A stretch of DNA of 64,000 bases from Paraglomus brasilianum (Eukaryota): the NCBI GenBank assembly GCA_910592345.1, contig CAJVPI010000045.1, positions 1 through 64,000 on the forward strand, given 5' to 3'. The notes below the pieces were generated by a model, which had not been told where the DNA came from, made no database searches, and saw nothing but the letters and a program-made list of their open reading frames with translations. Shown here in pieces: positions 53,451-64,000 of the stretch (position 1 is its first letter; every line of letters begins with the position of its first letter). Position numbers and translations under genes: made by a program.

Positions 53451-53919
53451 CCATTATTAACCTCACTACCTTCATTCCTAATATTAACAGATATTTTGCT
53501 TTACAACGAGCAGTCGTTAAAAGAAGGAAAATATTTGAACAAACTTTGTTTTATAATATTGTTGACACCAACAGATGTTGTGATCCCCATGAATGTAACT
53601 GATATCAAAACGTTAATAGTTCATCCGATCCGTTCAATTATAGCCATCTTTGGCTCCGGTTCGTTTAAACATCGACCCTGTCGAAAACAAAGTAGAAAAT
53701 CCCGATCAAAAGATGGAAATCTAGATAAGAAAACGATGCAACATGATAGTTTCCCTTACGGGAACCCAATTGACTATGAAAAAAGAGAAGCACACACGCT
53801 AGGTGAGATTATTTGCGTATCATAACTGACAACTCAAAACTTCCCAGCAGAGCTACCACGCATATTACTGTATTAATGAAACAAGTCTGAAAAATGTTGA
53901 GGATATTCTATGAGGCTTA

Positions 53920-54214
53920 CAGTTGAACCTCGTTATACCGAAGTGTCGGGGGAGGCAAAGTATTCAATGCCATTATTGCATCCATGATTCGGTATAACGA
54001 GACATTCGGTATAGTGAGGTACCTCTATATAACGAAGTTAGGCCTAGGTCAAAAATGCTGGCACACAACTAAAATCATACTATTACTGTCAAAATCGTAT
54101 GATCCTCATCTTAATCTGCTACAACAAATCGTGACAAACTTCGGTATAAAGCGATATAGTAGCCCATGTAAAAATCCTGCATCGGGATTCCTTCGGTATA
54201 ACGAGGTTCGACTG
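53920..54214. mobile_element. pogo/Tigger-like MITE, 295 bp
   Basis: 24-bp TIRs cagttgaacctcgttataccgaag / cttcggtataacgaggttcgactg (one mismatch); left flank TA, right flank CA; internal repeated ttcggtata motifs. Confidence 0.9.
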
Positions 54215-54367
54215 CACATCTCTTCGTGTCTCATCTCCTGCTAAGACCTGACTTCCAAACTACGAATACTCGCGCAAAAGCTAGTTGTGTCACCGACACT
54301 CGCGAGGGAGCGTGGCACAGTAACCAAGGTTGTTTAATCACGTGATGAGATTGATCATTTGTATATC

Positions 54368-55942
54368 ATGTCCGATCCGCGTCTTTCCTCTCCCCAAATT
54401 CAGAAAATGTCAAAATCTCCATCTTCCTCCTCCAAGACGCGCTCATCTTCTTCCAAGTCGCGTTCATCATCATCTTCTTCCAAGTCGCGTTCATCATCAT
54501 CCTCTTCCAAGTCGCGTTCTTCCTCTTCCAAGTCGCGTTCTTCTTCTTCCAAGACGTTATTAGACGAATGTATTGAACAATTAACACAAAGGTGTTCCGA
54601 GGAATGGAATAAATTGAGTGAAGTGAGTAGGCTGGAAAGTTGTTCATAGTTCAAGAGCTGCATTCACAATTTCTAATCACATAAATAGCTGCAGAAGCGC
54701 GCGGCAGAATGCAAACAAGTTGATAAATCGAATACGGAAAAGGTAAGCTGGCTGGTAGAACTGGATTTTGTATTTGGCTATTGATTGATTTTGAACCCCT
54801 AATGATTGATCGTAATCTATTTACTATGATTTAGAGATTGGCAAATCTAAGAGCTGAAGAACAAAGGTTGATATTTGAATTGGAGATTGCTGAGAAAGGT
54901 TAGTTATTCACAAATTTAAGTAGGAGTAAATTTACTTGTCAATTACGTTAATGGGGATAGGATAGCAGCCAACTTTCATTAGGATGTGTTTCTCTTCTAT
55001 AGATGCAAAGGAACCAAATAGATATTCTCAAGTAATAAGTCAAATAATGATCAAAAAGCAACTCTATGACAATATCCAACAGTATAAGCAAGCCCTACCC
55101 CAATTGCGTGAACAATTACAAGAGACAAAGGAACAGCTGAAAAGGTCAATACAAAATTGAATTTATCAGTGAGAATAAATATTTGGTTTTGAACCCAGAT
55201 ATTAATATTGGTGTTTATGCACAATAATGTATTGATTAGAGATCAGGAAACCCTAGCTGAGAATGAAGCAATAAATGTAATGTTGAGGGGAAAACTTGAC
55301 AGTCTAAAAGGATGGTATGAAAATCCTCTTGAAGCAGAGGCTGCTAAATTGGAGTATGTTGGCATTGTATAACTTTGATCTTGTTATGTGCTGAAGTTTT
55401 ATCCATTTAACTGGATTGTTTCTTAACCAGAAAACTGAGAAGTCAGCTAAACATAGCAAACGAAGACATAACTATCTTGATGGAAGAATTGATTGCATTT
55501 TTGGATACGCATTTTCCTCCTGCTACAGTTAAGGTGAGATAATAATAAGTGATAAATGTTATTGCAATTGCTGAGAAGACCAGTGAAATCAAAGTTATGT
55601 TGTTTTTTAGAAACATGGCAGTGATGATCAAGTTATTACTGCATCACTAAAAGAAGTGCTTGAGGTAACTGTTGACTATCAATAATTTTTTATTTCTGTC
55701 TTCCAAACATCTTAAGCTATCTACCTGATGCCATAACACACTCAATTAACACTTTTCTCTTGTCTGCTAATATTCAAAACAAGGAATTTATGAACAAATC
55801 ATTCTCAGACCCTGAACTATATATCCAATTTGATGCTGAACATGTCTGGTTACCACATATTGAATTACTTATTCGTGCTGGTATTGCAAAACAACATCCA
55901 GAAGATGCTTACAAAATTAGGCTTATCAATTTTCATTCATAG
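54368..55942 (+). CDS. CENPK: Centromere protein K (CENP-K/Sim4 family) homolog, 8 exons, apparently intact
   Basis: All seven GT..AG introns keep the frame (exons ~54368-54622, 54689-54742, 54835-54898, 55003-55144, 55240-55354, 55431-55533, 55611-55664, 55784-55942). The middle is coiled-coil-like, and the C-terminus ..YIQFDAEHVWLPHIELLIRAGIAKQHPEDAYKIRLINFHS* matches the CENP-K tail (W.P..ELL.R.GIA..HPED..IRL..F). Confidence 0.85.
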
Positions 55943-57659
55943 TGTAAAGAGGGTGACTGAATATGAAATAAAGAAGAAACTATGAAATATGATGTTTAAT
56001 AGATGGGAGAACATTTGTCAATTTTAATGTTTTTGTATATCAGAGATTAAGATTGTTGAGCACTAAATCATGCAATTAATTAAATTCCATCAATTTCATT
56101 GAATCTGTAATAATGATTTATTAAGAAGCTACACATACAATTGTATGTAGAAATGAATAGGTCAGATTAGAATTATTATTATAGCATGACATATGAATAT
56201 AGTTTGCATTCTACTTCAATCTTGTCTAATCACTGTGTCAAGTTCTTGGACATGTCTTACATATCACAGTATTTATCTAACTGTACAAGAGACACATCCA
56301 TTGATGAGTGTTTAGTTACATATTATAAGCCATGATTTCAAATGCCATGGTTATGGTAGAACTAGTTTGATAGCATTCAATCTTGTTAGTATACTCAGCT
56401 TCCTCAGAGCCAATGCATTGATAAAAAACATAATAATAAACAATCCAATTATCAATCAAAGAACTTTCACATACCCTGCATCAATGTACATGCAGAATGC
56501 TTCACCACCACAATAATAATGGCTTGTGTATAAAAAATGTTTGCCATTTCCCTCCAACAATAGCTATTCTGCTAAATTAATATGGAATTTGTCTGCTACC
56601 ATAAACAATGAATTCTACTCTATTTTATAGAATTTCTGCTGGACTGCTGGATCTTGATGCCAATATTTGATATATAGCCTCACACACTTGGTTTTTTAAG
56701 GTATGTTGTTACTCTTAATGTCTTTAGTATTATTGTTTTGTTAGATGTAGTAGTAGATCACCATGGGAGAATTTTAGTTCATGTCCTCAATTCGAAAGCT
56801 TTCTCTTACCTATTATTATTAGATGTATGGTAGACTGAAATTCAACATGATTATACATAAAAGTGTGTTTTTCATGTATACACAACTATAACCAATTATT
56901 TCTTCTCCATAGAAAACTACGATTAAGTTGCAAAATCTAACCCAATCTATTTTAATATATTAGACCAACCTCATCGAACTTAATAACGCAAATGAGGGAT
57001 CCCTTAAAACGCGTCCCTTCTTTATTAATGTACATACTATAAAAATAATCATTAGCTATGTTCTAATAATATTTCTATTCTTAACTGTAGATATTGGACA
57101 TTATAGTTTTGTGCAAATTAGCAATGGTATGTATAAAGATCCGCCCTTCAAAAGTAGCGAAACTACACGTAATAATGAATTCTTATTCTCACTCGGTACT
57201 GGTCATGGGACATGCATAGGATTGGGTGTTTCAATGATAGCTATTCTGTAATAGTAAGATGTCATTTACTGAAGTTTACATGCTTGCTCATAATTATGAG
57301 TATACACTTCTGGGTTGCATTGTCATCTGTTTGAAAGTTTTGTCAGTCAATCGCTGCTGCTGAAGCTGAAACTAACCAATGAAATATCATGGTTTCATCA
57401 GCTCCCACAATTAATAAACAACACCAATTTAATAAAAAAGGAAATTAATTTTTAATTCCGAATTTGAATCTCAAAAGTTGTAGTTGTCTCAATAATTCAT
57501 TCAGAATTGCTTTTGATTATTACATGTGCTCAAAATTTATTAAAGGTTTTTTTCTTCAAAATATCTACTGCCATGTATGCTGTGCAAGTGAAAATGGTTT
57601 CTCACTTGACCCGTGTAATTATTCTTGGCGCTTTGAGTAAGTAGCAGATACGACATTTT

Positions 57660-57800
57660 CCCCTTTGCTTAGACTTTGAAGATCAATCCATCGGATGCCT
57701 TATTGAAGATGGATTTAGATCATACCAATGCGGAGCGTAGATGATATTATGGGAGTTATCAGACTGGAGGTGGCTAGATATGGAAATGGAAAAGAAAGGA
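57660..57800 (-). pseudogene. GH5 endoglycoceramidase-related / sterylglucosidase fragment
   Basis: NIIYAPHWYDLN, then after frameshifts IFNKASDG..QSLSKG; compare the N.vYAPHWYD..lF.K motif of fungal EGCrP-type GH5 enzymes. Confidence 0.6.
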
Positions 57801-59264
57801 ACGAAACAATGAATACGATATAAATAATACGAATGAAATTTTGTTGGTATGAGTGAGCGAGCTATATATTTACGTTTCTCGTTTTTAACACGACCCATCA
57901 CCAGACATAATCAGTAGCAATACACGACCCGTACCCGTTATTCTCCCTTTACATACTAATACCTCATTCGGCAGAGGTTCAACGAAAACCAAATAACTCT
58001 CTTATATTAACAACAGCAAATAAAACTCCACTGTTTGTGAAGTAAAAGGATCGGATTTTTTGTTTTTGATCTTTTGTGAAGTAAAAGGATCGGATTTTTT
58101 GTTGACTTCAATTTCTGTTTAGCATTAGGATTACATATTAATATTAATATGGGGGGGGGTTTCCCAAATAAGCACAGATCTGCGTGAGAATGTTCTGATA
58201 ACCGTGCAGGCTCAAACACTATCCCTTAATTGAACATTCAGATGGGCTTGCTCCTCCATAAATAGACTTTACGACGTGCGACCTGGGCAGGTAAATTCCT
58301 GATAATACATTTCTGCACGTTGAATACACAGTTCGTATATGAAGTCTCCCCAATGTTCATTCCAAGAATATCATATTGTTCCTATATACTTATACAATCT
58401 CATAGCAATACGCCCATCAACGTCCATTCAAGAAGCGCCACGACTTTTGAAATTCCATCATTTGCTATTTTTATAACGCGTACGAGATACAGAAAATGGA
58501 AATAAACCTTGAAGGTGAATGCAGGTGTTCTAAAGCTCACGTCGAAATTTATTATTTTTCACATTTGTGATTCAATTCACATTTTTGATAATAATAACTG
58601 TTCTTCGCATTGCCTATCACCGTGTCTAACTTCCATCTCCTCCACATCCATTAAAATCTCCTATCTCGTTTGATTATTGCTGGTCATTTAAACATTGACA
58701 TTAAGCAGTTCTTTCCCTCATGAAGATATACTTAATCCTTCCCTTCTCTCTAACCAAAAGAGATAGACGCCCCTGAAGGTATGTCCCGGTCGGTTGAGAA
58801 ATTCACAGTATTTTCTCGAGCTTTGTAAAAATGTAGATAGAATATCGTCGCCGATAGCGGTGGTTGGTACTCTTGTTACAGCGAAACAGGTCCGACTAAT
58901 GTTAGACATATTTAATATAGCTGAAATTTAATAGAATAAGGAGAGGAAGAAGGGGAAGAAGGAAAGAAGATGAATGATGAGGACGGTTGGTGATGGTGAC
59001 GATGTGCGATGCAGTAGGAGCATGGGTAGAGGAGATGTTTGATAAAAACACGGACGGAAAACGAAACTATTACTATGGTTTCGTCGCACATTTCCGTCGG
59101 GGCATGACGCTGTACCAGCCGATACGAAATATAAGAGTACGGTTCGCATGGACAATTTTATGGCGCGTCATAACTTGGCCGTATGATGGCACCGGGTGTA
59201 GAATAACGGAAACCAATGGTTTCTACATTTTTCAATGTCTAATTGCATCATCGAGTGAAGAACG

Positions 59265-59770
59265 GGCGGCTGTATCATCGAAGACCTTATTAAAAGGGTG
59301 GACCGGAAGAGACAGAACAAGGAGTGGAAGGGAAGTTTGGTTGATATATAGACTTTGATGGTTCTGCTGGTGCGTGTTGATACGATATGTAGGAGGAAGA
59401 GTAGAAGGATAGTTAACGAAACCGGGTGAAAACAGAAGGAACACTTAGAAACGTGATTTCCGCCGGCAATTATGTGGGAAATATAGTTATTATATTGAGA
59501 TGAGAACTTTGTATGAGATGATTTGGAATGAGCGAGAAGTTCCGGGGTAAGAGAGAAGACATATCAATTTGCACTGGCTTGGTTAGTGTGATGGTGGGAA
59601 TAATGGCCATGTATCAATCAAAGACTTTGATAAGAGGGTGGGCTGTAAGAGACAGAACAAGTTCTAGTAAAGGAGTGGAAGGAAAGTTGGACTAATATAT
59701 AGACTTTGGTGCGTAGAAGGACGGTTAGAGAAAACAGGGTGAAAAAACAAGAGGAGCACTTGGAAATATC
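59265..59770. repeat. Diverged ~340-bp-period tandem duplication
   Basis: aagagacagaacaag..ggagtggaagg.aagtt..atatatagacttt..gtagaagga..gggtgaaaa occurs at ~59307 and ~59647. Confidence 0.8.
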
Positions 59771-60079
59771 AGAATTGTCTTCCATTTCGATTTCCTTATC
59801 CGCACGGATTCCCCACAAGCAAGAATCAGTAATTAGATCCGCAACAATAAAATGGCGATATTTACAGTATCATCCAACGTGAGCACGCGTCACTGGCATA
59901 GAGATATCACTGTAATATTGATACATTTGTGTTGTATTAGTGTTTTTAGATCACCATGACTTTGGATACGCATCTCAGACTAGCGGCTCTTGTAGATTTA
60001 TTTCAACCCGAAATATGACTGTTTACATTCCAATGATAAATCGTATTGTTGCTTTCCGTGAATTGGAAGGCGATCTAGG

Positions 60080-60400
60080 TTCACTGATAATTAAGTTATT
60101 TCCATAGAATCCCAAACTCTGAAGGAAAATCTTCATGACAAGACGTTCCATTAGGTCAAACGTAAAAATCGGTTTGCAGTGTCTAATAAACATATATGTT
60201 AATAAGCAACATAGCATTTATCCGTCATTTGAAATTGATATCTTGTAACTCACCCTCGAGCCTCCTACAAAAACGATAATCATTGTCGTCTCCGTCACTA
60301 CTAACTTGTGAGCAATACCATGGATATTTCTTGACTGTCAACAACGACTTCCATTTGGTTGATTGAATGTGCTATCCAATTAATACAGTGGTCCAGATTT
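60080..60400 (-). pseudogene. Inverted paralog of the 4990-5520 family fragment
   Basis: The minus strand gives LDSTFNQPNG and the shared intron end/exon start tgcttattaacatatatg.ttattagacactg.aaac. Confidence 0.7.
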
Positions 60401-63199
60401 TCTTCCTTTTCTGAGAATTCACTGTCGTCAGTAGCTTGAAAGGCCTTCCGACATTATCTAGAAACAGATTATACTAGTCAATAATTGACACTACAAATAA
60501 ATTGTCCAATCTATTATTACTTACCCGTTGGGTATAAATTTGGGTATTCGGTCGAAATTAGACTCCACGTTCTATTAAACACCTCATTAGCTTTCCATAC
60601 AGAATTATTTGGAGAAGTTCATACTCCATCGGGAGTATGTGTCAAAGCTTTTTTGAATCTAAGTCCCGTTATTGTCGTAAATATCAATAGTGAACTGATC
60701 ATAGCCGTAGTAAATTAATGATTTCGATCTCATAATAATAATAAATGCTATCCAGCGTTATCATAATTTTCATCCACCAATCAAAAATGAATTACGTCAC
60801 TAACCAGTCACGTCGATTGTTTATATTAATATCTCACTATTGCTATCTCAACCCACAACCTTTATTTGCGCGGGTGTACACCTTTAGCGTTCAATCGTAG
60901 GTGTAACTAATAAAGGAACGCAAACTCCAGGGTATACAGGTACGTTTAGGCGCCTGGAAGAAGAGCTTCGCCTTGGGTTTGATAAATACAATCATACAAA
61001 CATTGTCAACCTTTCTCCTTCTTTTCAATAGAAAGGGCTTTTTTATTACTTTCGCGGTCTGCCCAATCTCCAGAGAGAAGATAAATGGCTGGCCGTCCTC
61101 ACGGGAGCAACAAGAGAAGAGAATTCTCAAACATATAATAATTTATTATAGCGTTGCTCCCGTCGCCGGGAAACGACCTTCGTGTCCGCCGGCGGTCATG
61201 CGGGAACACGGTTTTGGAATAACGAATATTCCGGTAAGTACCATATAACTTGATACTAATTTTAAAGCTCAATCAATTTTAGTACCAGTCGTGCTTAATA
61301 TCGCGCATTTATTCACTCTGTAGACCAGTTGGTTCACGCTGAACGTGAACGAGAAAGCGAGGACGGGCGGTGGTGTTGCGTAAGTATTAAACTTGATGAT
61401 GGACTAGTACGAGCTATTATACGCGAATATTCAGTAACTAATACGCTATATTGTTCTAGATATCCCACACCACCGCATTTCCGTGCTTGAGCAATCAATG
61501 CTCAAGATGCACGTACGTCCATCGCCGATGGTGGACGTCACCCCGAACGGTATCATAGCGATGCTATCGGAAATTTGTATGTATGGTTTCTAATAATAAT
61601 AATAATAATAATAACAATAATAATAATCATTGTCTTAATACGATCTATACCTATTCGCTAACATTATATCGATAAATAATTATTCGCACAGATATCCGAT
61701 AGGATTGCCGGCTATTAATATTAAGAGGCAATCTGGGGGCCGAGCGGTCAAACTCGCTTTTTTTTTTTTTTGACCCGCTCGGTTTTTTTTAAAAACATTA
61801 TCATATGTTTCCCCCTTCTTATCATCAGTCTCTTTTTTATTTTAAGTGTTATACATTTATCCCATTTTACGCTGACAGTAGGCGGGATAGATGTATACCG
61901 TCCCGCTCCCCCCGCCTTTTATGGTGGGAGAAAATACATATTAATATTGTTTCAATTTTAATTATGATAAATACGATGATACAATGATAAATACGATGAT
62001 ACAATAATAAATTTATTATTATGATCGTATTTAAGCTGATAATAAGCTGCTGTTCAGAAGGGGCTTATGACAAGCTTCATTCTAGAGTGCTTCTTTTCCT
62101 GTCTATCTTTTGGGCCTTCGGATAAGAATATGATTTATTCATTATAATAAATACGATGATACAATAATAAATTTCATTCATCAGACGTCATTGAACATTA
62201 ATTTCATTCCTCATCGAATGTAATCGATGCAATATACGACTGGGAATTAGATGCTGGTACGGGCAGAAGGAGGTGTTCAACTTTAGATAAGATTGTACAT
62301 GGATCATTCGCTCTTATTCTCCCTATTAGATATGACAGTCATATGCCTAATCTGTATCTGTAGAATGCTCGAGCATGCCAATGAAATTCTGAGCTGTGAA
62401 CGGTCCAATCCGCATTTATTATAGACATCGCATGATCACGTGTTCTCGCTCGTGTCTTAGGTTATATTGTTCGAATAACAGTCCAAGCCGCAATCTGCAT
62501 TTATTATCTACTCCCCGTTCTCTCTATAGCTCACGCATCATCAGCGCGAGTCGGTGATCATAAACACGGAGGGATGGGTGTGGAGATATGGCAATGGAAA
62601 TAGAAATACATCCAAGCCGAATACAATATTTTTCTGATATAGCTCGATCGTCCACCTTTTCAGTATCGCTTCATGTTCTGATGAGTGACACGGAAAACTA
62701 GATGTCAAATATCTAGTCAAGGCGAAATTTTGTATGGCAGTTTACTATAGCGCCTATCAAGTGTTCAAAGTTCTTATCATGACTGAACGATCGGATGTGT
62801 ACTTAACGCTTACATCCACGTACAAAATTGATCAGTCTTTATCTTTTTACTCGATTTTTCACCCTCCAGCACAATCGTCAATCTCCGCGACGTATCCGAA
62901 AATTCAAGCTTTATCAAAACATGAATTCCTCAATCGACCGGGACATACCCCAGGGACGTCCATCTCTTGAATACGAAATAAACTGCTGACGGATATAATT
63001 GGTTATAGTTAGAGAAAAGTACATGAGTTTTTGCAAACGCTGGGAAACGGTTGATACGATCAACAAGGAAAATTTTAATACCTTCATGAGGAGAACAACT
63101 GCGTAATGTCAATCTATAAATGGTGAAACGAACACAGCAATATCTGCAAACGTCTGCAAGAATCAAGGGAGACAGATAGATTGTTAACGGCGGTGGAGG

Positions 63200-63420
63200 G
63201 AGATGGACTTCCAGCATAGATGCACATGATCCAATTTGCGAATGGGATCCCTCTGAGATACATGCCCGAAAATTCTTCAACGTCTCTCGGATAAGTGTCG
63301 ATTTCTTCATTGCTGCTAGTCCGACTGAACGTTGACCGTTTTGGATCACATTCTTGGCACCAAAACTGCCAGACCAATAACTGGAGAAAATGCGACCACA
63401 ACCAAAATTCATTGGAATCC
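63200..63420 (-). pseudogene. N-terminal fragment of a Glomeromycota-type tyrosine-kinase-like protein kinase
   Basis: WCQECDPKRSTFSRTSSNEEIDT-LIRETLKN...IPF resembles the WC..C.P......WTSGN.EID.FI...LEWIPF region that precedes the kinase domain in this family; the catalytic domain is not seen. Confidence 0.65.
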
Positions 63421-64000
63421 GACTTGGGAATTCCTCAAGGTTTTAATTTCGTTTGCCAGTTCAGTATTAAACGTTCAAAGGCCTTCTTTTATTTGCTTCA
63501 AGCGCGCATTCCTTCAGTTAATTAAAAGAAAGGTTATCCTACAAGCTGAACTATAATGCATGACGCCAAGAATCGAAGAAAGTACCTCTTTCAAAAATTT
63601 TCCATCAACATGGTCAGACGTTTTGGAAAAAGTTTGACGATGACGCGGAAAGCCCAATTATGGATGACATATTATTACTTTCACCATCAGTAAGTAACAG
63701 CGGTGAGTCTGATGGTGGTTGTTGTCTCCGCTGACAGTGGTGAGTTTGATGGCGGTTACTCTTTGTCAACGTCTTTGACAATACGTTTGAACACATTCTC
63801 GTGCAAGTCCCTGTCAATTCACCGTCATTAAAATCAGCAGCAACGATTGTGTTTGGAGATATCCGTGCCAGTTTCTATTATATCCCTTTTCTTGTGACTC
63901 ACGTATATTCCGAATTTTCACTTGCTTTCAGTCACCGTCTATGCATCAAGCATTGTCGTCTGGTAGAAAATACGCCACAAGAACGACAAGGCACTCCGAC

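Noticed and set aside
54366..54663. Acidic or repetitive minus-strand ORFs (LEEEERD..., NATWK...)
   Set aside because: Antisense shadows of the Ser-rich repeat in CENP-K exon 1.
58150..58320. Possible snRNA or other ncRNA (GC-richer patch)
   Set aside because: No recognisable snRNA, RNase P/MRP or tRNA motifs by eye; an Rfam scan would be needed.

Overview
Eukaryotic, AT-rich, intron-containing fungal DNA. The gene families present (MATA-type HMG box, Sel1 repeats, a 'WCQECDP..TSxNEEID' kinase N-terminus, an 'LDSTFNQP/GLLRLT' membrane-protein family) suggest Glomeromycota/Mucoromycota; this is inference. I can reconstruct only one apparently intact gene, an 8-exon CENP-K homolog (54368-55942). 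The rest is pseudogenes and transposon debris: two frameshifted Tc1/mariner transposases, Tc1 and pogo remnants, two TA-flanked MITEs and several tandem repeats. Two features stand out. (1) Fragments of unrelated conserved genes lie abutted in the same orientation (RGG/RRM + cytochrome P450 + RNA-dependent RNA polymerase at ~21-22 kb; Gea/GBF1 Sec7 + NMD3 at ~43.7-44.4 kb), and isolated fragments of SMC5, a GH5 glycosidase, HMG boxes and RNase H occur elsewhere. (2) About ten diverged paralogous segments are duplicated within the window and joined to different neighbours, including a ~3-4 kb inverted duplication and a promoter module present three times. Together these suggest a local gene-fragment capture and shuffling zone, but I found no element termini that prove a mechanism. 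All homology calls come from recognising motifs by eye, not from database searches, and pseudogene boundaries are approximate.
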